Shown in pieces: positions 37,701 to 47,025 of a stretch of DNA of 64,000 nucleotides; position 1 is the stretch's first letter; the number at the start of each line of letters is the position of its first letter. The notes under the pieces are model-generated. The model did not search any database, was not told where the DNA came from, and worked only from the letters and a program-made list of their open reading frames with translations. The translations under genes and the position numbers were made by a program. This stretch comes from a virus. The stretch covers positions 9,098 through 73,097 of the IMG/VR virus record IMGVR_UViG_3300037264_007739; one strand, written 5' to 3'.

Positions 37701-38425
37701 CTGGAGACCGCACGCTCAGCACGCGCCAGCACCGGGCCGACATTCTGCGAGAATCCGGCAATGAGCTTCGCCCTATTGGTTTTGTTCCGCTTCGAGCCTG
37801 TGAGATGGCCTTCGCCGTCGATGAAGCCAGATAGCCAGCCGGCTTCGTAACTCATGTCCTGCTGCCATGGTCGTCCGATCCAGACAATTCGTGAGGCGTG
37901 ACCACCAGGTCGCCTGGCGCGTATGAGCTGTTGAATCGTGCTCCAGCCCGCTGTGTTACTCCGCCTTCGGCAGAGCACACCATGATCGTCCGTTCCAATC
38001 AGCTCGCCATCCGCAAGCATGACCCGGGTGGTCGGACGCACGGATTTGTGGACGCCTGTAATGCGCGCAATTCTCCAGCGGCGTCCCTTCCGCTTCGTAA
38101 CGCCGTAAGTTGCAGAGGTTGCATGCTCATCAATCGTGAGGATCTCATCCCCGATCTTGGCATCGCCGAGGAGGCGCCAAGTGAGATCTGCGTAAAGAAC
38201 GAGTGTCTCCGGTACGAGGCAGAATGGTCTTCCTTGCTCGACTTCGTTTCGCCCCGGCGCCTCACCGATGACGGTCAGTCGCGCGTTCGGTGTGAGCTCT
38301 CCGATGACGGGGCCGCGCCCGCAGCCAAAGAGCGGACACTCCTTGCATCTCGCACCCAGAGCGATCGCGGGTGCGTGAGCTTCATCGGCGGTCTTGGGGC
38401 GCGTAGTGAAGTTGAGCAGATCCAT
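34733..38425 (-). CDS. polA: Family A DNA polymerase with N-terminal family-4 uracil-DNA glycosylase domain and 3'-5' exonuclease; contains an intein
   Basis: UDG 'CKECPL', 'GEAPG..E...G.PF', 'HPAF'; exo 'DIET', 'HN..FD', 'YNSKD'; pol motifs 'DYEQIELR', 'R..AK...Y...YG', 'IHD'. Confidence 0.92.
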   Translation of the reverse strand: MDLLNFTTRPKTADEAHAPAIALGARCKECPLFGCGRGPVIGELTPNARLTVIGEAPGRNEVEQGRPFCLVPETLVLYADLTWRLLGDAKIGDEILTIDEHATSATYGVTKRKGRRWRIARITGVHKSVRPTTRVMLADGELIGTDDHGVLCRRRSNTAGWSTIQQLIRARRPGGHASRIVWIGRPWQQDMSYEAGWLSGFIDGEGHLTGSKRNKTNRAKLIAGFSQNVGPVLARAERAVSSLGFSLRAKEESRKNGVVCARRHIAGGFNASLRFLGVTRPTRLLNDLVRMLGSRPPEARLSESEVLSKDTHGAREVVDIQTTAGTFIANGFVVHNCGASGVELDQSLAQGGLARNDCTITNTILCQPPEDFDDYLEKLTRAHKKACEDAEKRGLPPPERKISPLEACAPRLLYEMNVSASKTVLAVGGKALRAMAHHYGVSYGLNVRSTRGNTVLSTIKGQHGSPAVMPDGTILASSLHPAFAMRNNRQYTQVVRDNIARAAHIAKRGNKIDWHEPNFAYFEKWPEDDETRVRIIEEHSAWFVANAGVARLTVDIETDSIGVRCLIRVVGMGMTVSSLIGQQERVISAPLLWRSGREFWRNRSHRTRVEDAIRRAIDTCHLTFHNGLFDTGVLLRLGLMTDVSKIWFDTMVGQKNTDSNDLPHDLGFCARQFTEAPLWKHDVDHKADENTEKDSDLHLYNSKDVLITMRIQPIIENRIVECGNVPQFRLDSNLAPIARDMGRLGLFIDEKERGDLSLKFNKITRGLTDKIRTIVARNDFNPRSPPQVKDFLYGQKGYAPPLNTEGYEWEPGDDASSSTPSLMKLLDFGVDDQAEQFINAELEFRACDKLRGSYIDNLKVHYDWTVMHDETITWKGDVKAMRAFLACLGQLDPVIIDNAEILPARPEISWMPVTWKIHVIPGGRWVCEPTIQNWPSRGWTVDGKPTNMRKMIIAPPGHVIVGADYEQIELRIYGVVADDQYVLRSFKETLVVNGKDHSDPHCLNAATIMAEHESDIMPLYGEFMRKHFYGTKDEKSEMKYIRTVAKRVCYLKNYGGEEDKLFSAMSSERDKATGKRVFPNLQPSRVAEWEERWEKRHPETKRWHRRVHDFVRRNGYAMTPIMSQRKRFFVGGPNKKNAPPNHEIQGAAGEIKNEAILRLHEEIPFGKWSRYTGLCMDIHDYLAAFVPEERADETIKIFNKCMRTEMTCADGWKMPIFAEAKASRNLADNA
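37418..38221 (-). mobile_element. Intein (268 aa) with LAGLIDADG homing endonuclease, inserted in the UDG domain
   Basis: Begins 'CLVPETLV', 'T..H' block, 'WLSGFIDGEG', ends 'FIANGFVVHN' followed by C. Confidence 0.92.
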
Positions 38426-38448
38426 GCGATACTCGAGGCGCTGATCGT

Positions 38449-38494
38449 GAAAAGACGGGACCGGGTCGTGAGTGCGCCTCCCACGACCCGGTCC
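38449..38494 (-). terminator. Intrinsic terminator between the SSB-like gene and the polymerase
   Basis: 13-bp stem GGACCGGGTCGTG/CACGACCCGGTCC followed by TCTTTTC on the minus strand. Confidence 0.75.
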
Positions 38495-38513
38495 TGAGCC
38501 ATCCGAATCCGGA

Positions 38514-39191
38514 CTACAGGATCCCGAGCGCGCCGGTCTTCGGCGCCGACTGCTGGGGCTGCTGCGTGTTCTGCGCGCCGTTCGCGTTCGTGTTCGCCGG
38601 CTGTCCACCACCGAGGTTCAGACCGCCCGACTGGCCGCCGCTGGCTGCCGGAGCGCCGCCCGCGACCTGCGGCGGGAGGTTCCGGTGATGCTGGTTGAGC
38701 CCCTTCGACTCGGTGTACTTGCCCTTGTACGTGAAGTTCGCGATCTCGGAGTTCCACGCAGTGGAGCCGTCATCGCGCTGGAACGAGCGCGCCCGAACCT
38801 CGTAGTACACCGTCTTGCCCGTGAGCTGCGACTGGATGACGGCCGAGTCGAGGTTCTGTCCCTCGAGCGAGCGCGCCTTCGCGATCGAGTCCTCATCGGA
38901 CATCGTCTCCGAGTACACGGAGCCGACGACGTCGAGCAGACCGAGCACGTTCGGCTTCCCATCCGAGCGCAGGCCGGTGACCGGCACCCACTTCTTCGCC
39001 TTCATGCCCTTCGCCTCGGGCTCTTCGCACCCGATCGTGAAGACGAGCATGTTGTTCTTCGACTCCTTCGCGACCGCCTCTTCGATCTTGAGGATCTTGC
39101 CGAACGTCTTGCCCTCGAACGGGTAGAGATCGCCTCCGCCCTCGTACGGCGTGTAGTCCTTGGCTCCTGTGAAACTGATCGTAAAGCCCAC
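38514..39191 (-). CDS. Single-stranded DNA-binding protein (DUF669-like)
   Basis: OB-like pattern 'SKNNMLVFTI', low-complexity G/Q tail; lies between AAA ATPase and polymerase. Confidence 0.55.
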   Translation of the reverse strand: MGFTISFTGAKDYTPYEGGGDLYPFEGKTFGKILKIEEAVAKESKNNMLVFTIGCEEPEAKGMKAKKWVPVTGLRSDGKPNVLGLLDVVGSVYSETMSDEDSIAKARSLEGQNLDSAVIQSQLTGKTVYYEVRARSFQRDDGSTAWNSEIANFTYKGKYTESKGLNQHHRNLPPQVAGGAPAASGGQSGGLNLGGGQPANTNANGAQNTQQPQQSAPKTGALGIL

Positions 39192-39289
39192 TTTGCTATC
39201 CTGCCTTTCCTTTTGTGTGTGCACACACGCCCGATACCGTTTCACGCCACCACCGCTCGGAGCCGACAGCGAGAGCGCGTTGAGATTGC

Positions 39290-40153
39290 TTACGTCGAGT
39301 AGCCGCACTCCTTGATGACGACCTCGAGTGGCTCGTATCTGAGCTCGTGGAGACGATCGATCGTGATGCCGCGGATCTTCGCGTGCTGATCGACCGGCAC
39401 CTTCCATACGTGTCTTGGGCCCTTTGGCCCTGACGCTGCGCTAAGGTCGAGCGAGCCACCTCCATCCTCGAGCTGCGAGAGGAGCGAGAGGTGCGCTGCC
39501 GCGCCGATGATCTTCGACGTTCGCTGGTTCGGCATCGTCGGTCCGCCCATCTTGCCGTCGCCGCCCTCGGTGTCGTGGCAGACCATGACGAGGTTGGCGC
39601 CCATCGAGAGGATGGTGCGGAAGCGGTCGATCACCTCGCGCGTCCATACTTGGAGAGCGCCGTGGTGCGCAGGCCCGTGTCGATTCTTCTCGACGGCGTT
39701 GCCGGCGAGGTCGCGGCCCGTGGTCATCTCGCGGATGATCTCGACGAGGAAGCGATCCCAGAACACGGAGCCCTCGTCGACGATGACGTTCCGGAAACGT
39801 GGTGGCCGCCCGGCCTCCTTGTCCTGCGAGAGCGCTCGCGTCACGTCGATGACGACCTGCTCGAACGTCTCGCGCTGCGGGACTTTGACGGGCTCGCCGT
39901 CTTTGTCGAAGCGGACGGGCGCACCGTTGACGCTGTATTGATCGACGACGACGGTCTTGAGCGGCGGCTTCTTGCCGAGCGTCTTTGCTTCGGGCTCTTT
40001 GAGCCGCGTGTTCGTGTAGAACTGATCGAGGTTCTCTTCGGACGCGACGTAGAGCGCGTCTTGAAACGCCCACAACGCCTCGGACGTCTTCCATCGGCCT
40101 GGTGGGCCGTAGACAACGAAGAAGCCTTTTCGCCCGCCGTTATTGCTTGCCAT
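39290..40153 (-). CDS. AAA_24 / Sak4-like P-loop ATPase
   Basis: 'VYGPPGRWKT', 'VIVDEGS', 'LVMVCH'. Confidence 0.75.
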   Translation of the reverse strand: MASNNGGRKGFFVVYGPPGRWKTSEALWAFQDALYVASEENLDQFYTNTRLKEPEAKTLGKKPPLKTVVVDQYSVNGAPVRFDKDGEPVKVPQRETFEQVVIDVTRALSQDKEAGRPPRFRNVIVDEGSVFWDRFLVEIIREMTTGRDLAGNAVEKNRHGPAHHGALQVWTREVIDRFRTILSMGANLVMVCHDTEGGDGKMGGPTMPNQRTSKIIGAAAHLSLLSQLEDGGGSLDLSAASGPKGPRHVWKVPVDQHAKIRGITIDRLHELRYEPLEVVIKECGYST

Positions 40154-40403
40154 CCCTCACCTCGATCTCGATCTCGACGTCCTTCTTGAAGGACGCCGCG
40201 ACGACAACTTTCGCGAGCGCGAGCACGACTGATTGATCCGTGGCCGCCACCCAACCACGGGCCAAGCAACGATGCACGGTTCTGTTCTCGAGCATCCAAA
40301 AAAGACCGCGACGCCCTCGCTCGATGAGGAGGAAGATCGGTCTTTGCTTCGTCTTCGGTGCTTGCGCTAGCCCGTCATCATCAGACTCCCTTCCCTCCGC
40401 CAC
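40140..40403 (-). CDS. Hypothetical protein
   Basis: Packed ORF. Confidence 0.4.
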   Translation of the reverse strand: MAEGRESDDDGLAQAPKTKQRPIFLLIERGRRGLFWMLENRTVHRCLARGWVAATDQSVVLALAKVVVAASFKKDVEIEIEVRDGKQ

Positions 40404-41406
40404 TTCTCATTCCTCCAATGGTCACGATCGTCGATGGTGCTCCTGCGATCGGCTTGTGCATATCGTGCGTGCTCCGGAAGGAGCTGTTCATGATCGCCTG
40501 CTGCTCCTGCTTCGTGCCGGATGCGCAGAGATCGTGGTAGTCGCACTTGCCGTACCGCCCCCAGCACGAGGAGAAGTTCGGCGTCGGCGTCTCGCCGCGC
40601 GCGATCTTCCCCATGATCGATCGTTCCTTTGCAACATATTCGCGCGCCGCGCGTGGCACCGCCTGATAGGCGAGCGCCGGGACCGAGATCAAGTTTCGAT
40701 CGAAGTCGTACGGCGGGCGCTGCTTCACACGTTGAATGACGAACCCGCGGATCATTCGTCCGCCGAGCTTCTTCACATTGGACGGCGCACGAAGGATGTG
40801 CAGGTTCATGAGCACCTGCCAGTTCATCTTCCACTCTCCGTCGTCCTTCCACGGATCGAGCCGGTCCTTGCCCCCGTAGCCCCCGCCCGTCGACTTGTGA
40901 TCGACGATCCAGAGATCGCCATTCGACTCGATCACGAGATCCGTTCTGCACGTCACGATCTCGGAGTCGAGCGTCGAGTCCGGGCCGCCCGGATCGAGCT
41001 CGCCGATCGTCGCCTCGAACTCCTCCTCGACGAAGACCGGCTTCCACGTATCGCCCGCGAAGCGATGCTTGAACGCCTCGTAGACTTCCTTCGCAACGCG
41101 GACGAGCTCCGGATGTCCCTCGCCGTCGTCCTCGAGCGCGTCCGAGAGCGACTTCTTGTGGAACCAGTCCGGCGGCTTCGCCATCAGCGACGCGTAGTGA
41201 TACGCGAGGCAGGTGTGGATCAGCGTGCCCTGAAGTCGGTTCGGCGGGTCGTACTTCGTGATCAGCCCGTAGACCGTGCGCAACGTCCAGAGACGCTCGC
41301 ACGCCGTCGACGCAAGACGGTGCGGACCCCGCTTGCTCGAGCCGCCGTGCTGCGGCGAGGTCGACATCCGGTCCGGCGAGAGCGTAAGTGGAGTCGCGAG
41401 TGCCAT
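40381..41406 (-). CDS. Cas4/RecB-like PD-(D/E)XK exonuclease
   Basis: N-terminal C, 'GTLIH', 'EEEF', 'DLV...IVDHKS', 'Q', C-terminal C..C.Y...C. Confidence 0.85.
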   Translation of the reverse strand: MALATPLTLSPDRMSTSPQHGGSSKRGPHRLASTACERLWTLRTVYGLITKYDPPNRLQGTLIHTCLAYHYASLMAKPPDWFHKKSLSDALEDDGEGHPELVRVAKEVYEAFKHRFAGDTWKPVFVEEEFEATIGELDPGGPDSTLDSEIVTCRTDLVIESNGDLWIVDHKSTGGGYGGKDRLDPWKDDGEWKMNWQVLMNLHILRAPSNVKKLGGRMIRGFVIQRVKQRPPYDFDRNLISVPALAYQAVPRAAREYVAKERSIMGKIARGETPTPNFSSCWGRYGKCDYHDLCASGTKQEQQAIMNSSFRSTHDMHKPIAGAPSTIVTIGGMRSGGGKGV

Positions 41407-41411
41407 AAGCG

Positions 41412-42029
41412 CTATCTGTGACCATGATCCTCTATCCCGGTCAAGGCAGCTTGCTTGTAGGTCAGCCCAAGCCGAATGAACCGAATCGTCTTGGGCGCAA
41501 GTCCGAAATGACGTGCGATTTCTCGCGTGGGTAGATCCGATTGCCGGATTTCCTCCGCTTGCCGGTCCGTCAGTTTCCTCTTCTCACTTCGCTTACCGCT
41601 TGTGTTCCTGCCCTTTTGGATCATGTCGTGCACGTTGTCAGTACGCGTTCCGAGGAATAGATGATCCGGATTCACACACGCCCGAACGTCGCAACGGTGC
41701 AGTACACAGAGCCCTGATGGGACGGGTCCTTGCTGTAGCATCCAACTCACAACATGGGCTCGCCCTTTTTGCTCTGTTCGTTTTCCGATAGCGAGCACGC
41801 CGTAGCCGCTGCGGGTGATATATCCGATCCAGAGAAGGCATCCGCGCTCTGTAGGGATGTGACAGATCTTCGCTTTGATGACGAGCTCGATCGACTTCTC
41901 GATGCGCGCGATCGCCGCACGGTTCTCTTCGAGCTGCTCTTCGACTGCCGCGCAGATCGACCCGAGGTTTCCGTTCGGGTCGACTGGGCCCAGACGCGCT
42001 TCGAGCGATTCGCGCACGCGCCCCATCAT
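41412..42029 (-). CDS. HNH homing endonuclease with C-terminal HTH
   Basis: 'GYG...AH..SW...VLHRCDVRACVNPDHLFLGT..DN..DM..KGR'. Confidence 0.9.
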   Translation of the reverse strand: MMGRVRESLEARLGPVDPNGNLGSICAAVEEQLEENRAAIARIEKSIELVIKAKICHIPTERGCLLWIGYITRSGYGVLAIGKRTEQKGRAHVVSWMLQQGPVPSGLCVLHRCDVRACVNPDHLFLGTRTDNVHDMIQKGRNTSGKRSEKRKLTDRQAEEIRQSDLPTREIARHFGLAPKTIRFIRLGLTYKQAALTGIEDHGHR

Positions 42030-44071
42030 TCGACCTCGTCGTCGTAGGCACCGAGATCGGTGTCCACGCCTTTCATCATGGCCTTGATGATCTGCGCCAA
42101 GTTCTCCTTGCCGACGCCGTGGGCGAGCGCGTTGCGCAGCTCATCGGCGCCTTTCTCGTTCACGACCTCGGCGAGCGTTCGGACCTTGGGGAGCACGATC
42201 GATTCGATGTGCTCGTCCACGCTGCCGCGCACGATGTAATAGAGGATCGAGAGCCCGGTGATGCCGACTTCGTACGGTCGGTCTTCGGCTTGGAGGAGCG
42301 CCGCCGGCTGCCAGTGCAGATCGGCGAAGTGAACGCTCGACGCTCCTTTTAGGCTGATCGCCACCTGAACGGAGTCGATGGTCGCGACGAAGACGCCGGC
42401 CTTCGGGTGCTCGCGGAACGCACGCGCCATCTCGAAGCGCCCCTGCGGTGATGTATCGCCGTGCACAGTCCAGATCTTCGTGTCGACCTCGCGCATCCGC
42501 GACTTGACGTCGTGCTTCTTGCACGCGGCCTCGATGGCCTTGCCCATCTTCTCGGCGGATGCACGGAGGTACACGAAGACGACGCACTTGTTTCCCTCGC
42601 CGAGCTCGCTGATGACGTTCTCGGTGACGAAGTCGACCTTCGCATCGAAGGTCTTCTTGAGAAGGGAGGCGAGCCGCGCTTCGTCATTAGACCCGCGGGG
42701 CTTCTTCGAGCCGACGTCTCCTGCGTCGACGCGCACGACCTGGCGCACCTTCGGGGGCATCTGCGACAGGATGAGATTCCTCGGGCGTTGGATCTTGAAC
42801 ATTGGGAGCCGCACCTTGAGCTCCGTGTCCACGTGGATGCTTCGACCGTCAGCCTTCCAGCCGTACTCGTCCTTCATGCCTTCGCAGTATCGGGCGTGGA
42901 ACGCGAACGGCAGGCGATCGGTCTGCGACGTGCCGGTGAGCGCGCCTTTGCTGATCGCGTCGAGCGGGCCCCACAAGTCGCGCGTGAATCCAAAGATCGG
43001 TGTGCCAGTGAGCGCCCAGACAATGTCGAAGTTCTCGGTGACCTCGACGACGCGATCGCGCCGCGTCTGCCCCTTGCGCGACGAGTCCGTCGAGAAGCCG
43101 CGGATCATATGCGCCTCGTCGAGGATGCCGAGGTCGAATCGGTGCGACGCGAGCACCGGCGCCCAGCCTTGCAAGTTCTCTTGCACGTGCAGCTTGCCGG
43201 CTGCATCGCTGTTCTTCTGAGCAACGAGAATGTCGTAGTTGCAGACGACGTACTTCGCGTTCTCGATCGCAGCGTGAAGCTCATCGAGGCAGAGGACACA
43301 CGGCTCAATGAGCCCGCGCGTGTTCCATGATGGCGGCGCGTCATTATGCTTCGGGCACTCGGCGATCAGCGCGCCACTCACGTCCCATTCCCAGACGTAC
43401 GTGTCGAAGACCTTGTAGCCGTTGGCCTGCCCGTTTCGCATCTTGCACACGGCGCAGTAGGCGTCGTCGACGCGACCGCGTGCATCGCACGTTCGGCAAT
43501 AGCGCTTGGCGAAGTCGCCGGCGCGGCCTTCAAGGATCAGCGCCTCCTCCTTGAGCCACTTCGCGATCTCTTCGGCCCAGACGTACTTCGCGAGCGCCGG
43601 ACAGACAACGAGCGTGCGTTTCGCGTCGACAAGGACGCTTGCTGCGAGTGCCATGGCGCTTTTTCCTGACCGCATCGGGTCGCACTGCATGGCGTAGGCG
43701 CGGCGCGCGAGGAAGAGCGCGCCCTCCTTTTGATACGGTCGAAGTTTTGCGGGGAGCTCGAGCCGGCGGTAGCGTTCGAGGCCGGGGAGTGCGGCGGCTT
43801 CGGCTTTGAGCGCCTCGTCCGACAGGTTCTCTTCGGTCGGGGGTGGCGGGCAGGGAAGGCCGAGATGCTCGGCCAGCATCGGTGCGATGTCCCAGGTGCA
43901 GGCAACGCCGCCCGGCGCCCGCGCGATACCTGGAATCGATGTCAGCTCCCGAAGGCGCGGCCAGGGGAGCTGCACGGCGAAGAACGCCGGGCGCTCTCCC
44001 CGAGCGCCGAGGGGCGGAACATAGGGCATGCCGGGGACCCTCGCATGGGGCCAGGATGTGGTCAAGGTCAT
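42026..44071 (-). CDS. SNF2-family helicase with Cys-rich insertion
   Basis: 'LRPYQ', 'MRSGKS', 'DEAH', 'LTGTP', 'QAEDR'; GAGGAG RBS. Confidence 0.88.
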   Translation of the reverse strand: MTLTTSWPHARVPGMPYVPPLGARGERPAFFAVQLPWPRLRELTSIPGIARAPGGVACTWDIAPMLAEHLGLPCPPPPTEENLSDEALKAEAAALPGLERYRRLELPAKLRPYQKEGALFLARRAYAMQCDPMRSGKSAMALAASVLVDAKRTLVVCPALAKYVWAEEIAKWLKEEALILEGRAGDFAKRYCRTCDARGRVDDAYCAVCKMRNGQANGYKVFDTYVWEWDVSGALIAECPKHNDAPPSWNTRGLIEPCVLCLDELHAAIENAKYVVCNYDILVAQKNSDAAGKLHVQENLQGWAPVLASHRFDLGILDEAHMIRGFSTDSSRKGQTRRDRVVEVTENFDIVWALTGTPIFGFTRDLWGPLDAISKGALTGTSQTDRLPFAFHARYCEGMKDEYGWKADGRSIHVDTELKVRLPMFKIQRPRNLILSQMPPKVRQVVRVDAGDVGSKKPRGSNDEARLASLLKKTFDAKVDFVTENVISELGEGNKCVVFVYLRASAEKMGKAIEAACKKHDVKSRMREVDTKIWTVHGDTSPQGRFEMARAFREHPKAGVFVATIDSVQVAISLKGASSVHFADLHWQPAALLQAEDRPYEVGITGLSILYYIVRGSVDEHIESIVLPKVRTLAEVVNEKGADELRNALAHGVGKENLAQIIKAMMKGVDTDLGAYDDEVE

Positions 44072-44175
44072 TTCGTCGCTCCTCGTGCGAAAGTTTTCAT
44101 GTGTAGGTTTGACGCGCCGGGCGCGAAGGATTTTGACCGATACGGTGTCGTTCCCGTTGCGATAGGTCGTGCCAT

Positions 44176-46035
44176 ATGGCAACGTCGCCCCCCATGACGC
44201 GAAAGAAGCCCGAGCTGACAGTCGTCGACGGCGAGAGAGACGCTGCCGACGACGCGCAGCCGAGGCCGGTCAAACGGCCGGGCCAAAAGATCGGCGACTT
44301 CACCGTCCCATACGGGTACGAGATCTGGAGCGACGGCCTGTACACCATCTCGACGCCGACGCCCGACGACCCATCCGAGCCAAGTCTGAAGGACTGCCCA
44401 AGTCCGGCGCAGCGGACGAATCTTCGCCGGATATGTCATGAGCCAGTGTGGATCCGTCGCTTCGGACGCGTGCTCGACTCGGACGAGCAACTTCTCGAGC
44501 TCGCCTACAAGGATGCGCTCACCGGCGAGATCGTTGCCACCTGGGTCGACCGCCTCCAGATCGCCTCGAAGCAGGCGATCACAGCCCTCTCCAGGAACGG
44601 TGTCCCCGTCACCGAGGGGACCTCGATCTCCCTCATGCACTTTCTTGACGCAGCGCTCCATCTGAACGGCGGCAAGCTCGAGATCCACCAGATCGTCCGG
44701 CGAACGGGCGCCCACGAGATCAAAGAGGGCATAGGCTGGATGATCGGCGACCGCTGGATCGGACCGATCAACACCCGTGTCGTTCCCGACCCGCGGAGCC
44801 GGGCCGACTTCTCGGACGGCTTCACTGTCTCGGGCGACGAGGATCAGTGGTTCGCGACCTTCAAGCGCGTCGCCGAGATCGGCCCGGTCGCCCGTTGGCT
44901 CATCTACTCGGCCTTCGCCGCGCCGCTCCTGCGCTTCGTCGACGAGCGGACCTTCGTCATTCACCACTGGGGCGACTCCGGCACCGGCAAGACCGCCCTC
45001 GCGAAGTTCGCGATGAGCGCCTGGGGCGACCCGAATCGCCTGATGATGACATTCAACCGGACCAAGCTCTCCTTCACCGAGACGTTCAACTACCTCGACG
45101 ACGTCCCAGTCCTCTTCGATGAGCTTCAGGTCGCGAACCGAGATGACATATTGGCGGCGATCTACTCCCTCGTGCTCGAGCAGCACCGGATGCGCGCCGG
45201 CCAGTCTGGCGGTCTCCAGGCCCGAGGCGGTGGCTGGCACACGGTCGTGCGGACCACCGGCGAGGAGGAGATCGCCGGCCGTGACGGCAAGGTCGCCGAC
45301 CTTGGTGGCGCCGCCAACCGCACGATCCAGATTGGCGTGCCGGTGCTCGTGCCCGAGCAGGCCCGCGAGGTCCACAAGTGGCTCGCGAAGAGGCACTACG
45401 GCTGGGGCGCGATGCGCTTCCTCTCTCAGCTCTCGACCATCGCCGGCCTCCCAGACGGGCAAGGGAAGGCGCTCCTGACCGAGCGCTTCACCCAGATCCG
45501 TGACGAGGTCACGGCGCGCTCGGTCTCGACGCCGACGCTCCACGCCCGCGTTGGGCAGCTCGCCGTCGTCGCCCTCGCGCAGTACCTCGCCGATCGCTGG
45601 TTCTTCTCAGCGAGCCCAGACGTCGCGCTCGAGTGCGCCATCGCCGACGCGGTCGTAGTCGCCGCCGCCCTCTCCACGGGCGAGAACCGCACGCCGCTCG
45701 CCGACGAGGCTCTTCAGCTTCTCCACGACCACTTCGTCGGGCACAGGCACCTCTGGTTCGACCTCGCCAACGAGGCCGAGGAGAAAACCGTCAGTGAGGG
45801 GCGCCAGAAGCAGATGTTCGGCGTCCTCGCCCCAGGCGAGATCTGGCTCATCCAGCGTGAAGCCAACAACCTGCTGAAAAAGCACAGCTTTCCTCCGCGC
45901 CGTGTCTGGGCCGACCTTCGGGACCGCGGCCGGCTGCTCCTGCCGCCGAGCGCCAAAGGCACATTCGGTAGCCCGCGCAGACATGGTAGCCTCTACGCGA
46001 AGGTCTATGTCATTGATCGCGCTGGCCTTTTCTAA
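44176..46035 (+). CDS. DUF927 / Cch-like replicative helicase
   Basis: 'HHWGDSGTGKT', 'SAWG.P', 'FDE', 'TTGE', 'HYG.G...F'. Confidence 0.85.
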   Translation: MATSPPMTRKKPELTVVDGERDAADDAQPRPVKRPGQKIGDFTVPYGYEIWSDGLYTISTPTPDDPSEPSLKDCPSPAQRTNLRRICHEPVWIRRFGRVLDSDEQLLELAYKDALTGEIVATWVDRLQIASKQAITALSRNGVPVTEGTSISLMHFLDAALHLNGGKLEIHQIVRRTGAHEIKEGIGWMIGDRWIGPINTRVVPDPRSRADFSDGFTVSGDEDQWFATFKRVAEIGPVARWLIYSAFAAPLLRFVDERTFVIHHWGDSGTGKTALAKFAMSAWGDPNRLMMTFNRTKLSFTETFNYLDDVPVLFDELQVANRDDILAAIYSLVLEQHRMRAGQSGGLQARGGGWHTVVRTTGEEEIAGRDGKVADLGGAANRTIQIGVPVLVPEQAREVHKWLAKRHYGWGAMRFLSQLSTIAGLPDGQGKALLTERFTQIRDEVTARSVSTPTLHARVGQLAVVALAQYLADRWFFSASPDVALECAIADAVVVAAALSTGENRTPLADEALQLLHDHFVGHRHLWFDLANEAEEKTVSEGRQKQMFGVLAPGEIWLIQREANNLLKKHSFPPRRVWADLRDRGRLLLPPSAKGTFGSPRRHGSLYAKVYVIDRAGLF

Positions 46036-46039
46036 AGGC

Positions 46040-46300
46040 GCTACCACAAGCCCCCCAGTTCACCACTTTTTTGAAGATAGACTCTAAAACTTGACAGGTA
46101 AAGGGCGATTTACTTGGGGGGTCGATCTATATATATCCTTTACGTGTGCGGTCTATACTAGTCTTTTATCTAAAAGATCTAGTAGTAGTAGTAGTAGTAG
46201 CGCGTATGTACCTGATCTACCTTTCCTTTTTCTATTACCAGAAAGGGGAAACCCCTATGGTAGCGTTTCAGTAGCCGAGGTAGCAAACCGACTGATATCT
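46040..46300. other. AT-rich putative replication origin
   Basis: Marked AT enrichment, short palindromes and (TAG)7 directly downstream of the DUF927 gene. Confidence 0.55.
46180..46200 (+). repeat. (TAG)7 trinucleotide repeat
   Basis: TAGTAGTAGTAGTAGTAGTAG. Confidence 0.95.
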
Positions 46301-46301
46301 A

Positions 46302-46330
46302 TTGACGATGTCGTCGACGTTATGTATTAC
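46302..46330 (+). promoter_or_regulatory. Leaderless sigma70-type promoter
   Basis: TTGACG-17-TATTAC, ATG at 46336. Confidence 0.65.
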
Positions 46331-46335
46331 GTGTC

Positions 46336-47025
46336 ATGCCCGCAAGCGTAGAATCAATGTTCAACTTCGTCGAGATATGGAACGCTGCAACGTCCATAAT
46401 GGATGTTGCAAAGAACTACGGTATCAAGCCGCTCTCTGCGCTCGCTCGAGCGAGGCGTCTTCGCGCTACGGGATTGCCGCTCAAACAGCTCTCGGACGAG
46501 AGCCAGGCGTACGCCCTCACACATCCATCCCGCAAGCCCCCGAAGCCGGACGGTGCGGCAACCGAACCGCGCCCGCGGGGCCGCCCGCCAAACGAGTCGA
46601 AGCCCAGGACGACGTTCAACTGCCACGTGCAGACGATGGTCACCTACGAGACGTTCGGCCGACTCCTCGCCGGCGAGCGGGCGCTCTCCTCCGGGCGGGT
46701 CCGCGAGATCATCGAGCTCGGGCTCGAGGCCGAGCTTCAGCTGACTGCCGAGAGCGTCGAGGTCGAGGTCGAGGTCCCTGTCGTCGCGGCCCAAGCCGAG
46801 CACGGTGAGTGCCTCGATTGCGACGCGCTCATTTTGACGCATCGCGCCGGGCGCACGCACTGCTGGTGCGGCGAGGACTGGCCCTGCCCGGTGCTCGGAG
46901 CCGCGCCGCTGACGCCATCGCCCGACCCCCAGGAGGGGCGCCAGGAGGCACCCGCGCTGCCTGCGCCCGCTCCGCCCGCCTTTGACCTCTTTGGGCCTAC
47001 TCCGGGCCTTGGCGGTGCCTCGTGA
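46336..47025 (+). CDS. DNA-binding protein (HTH-like N-terminus, AT-hook-like PRGRP, Cys/His C-terminus)
   Basis: 'SIMDVAKNYGI...ARARRLRATG', 'RPRGRPP'. Confidence 0.55.
   Translation: MPASVESMFNFVEIWNAATSIMDVAKNYGIKPLSALARARRLRATGLPLKQLSDESQAYALTHPSRKPPKPDGAATEPRPRGRPPNESKPRTTFNCHVQTMVTYETFGRLLAGERALSSGRVREIIELGLEAELQLTAESVEVEVEVPVVAAQAEHGECLDCDALILTHRAGRTHCWCGEDWPCPVLGAAPLTPSPDPQEGRQEAPALPAPAPPAFDLFGPTPGLGGAS

Noticed and set aside
39214-39228. Palindrome TGTGTGCACACA upstream of the SSB-like gene
   Set aside because: Single short instance beside the RBS; not enough support for a call
40381-41406. CRISPR-Cas system suggested by the Cas4-like gene
   Set aside because: No repeat-spacer array or other cas genes seen; the context is a phage recombination module with an AAA ATPase and SSB
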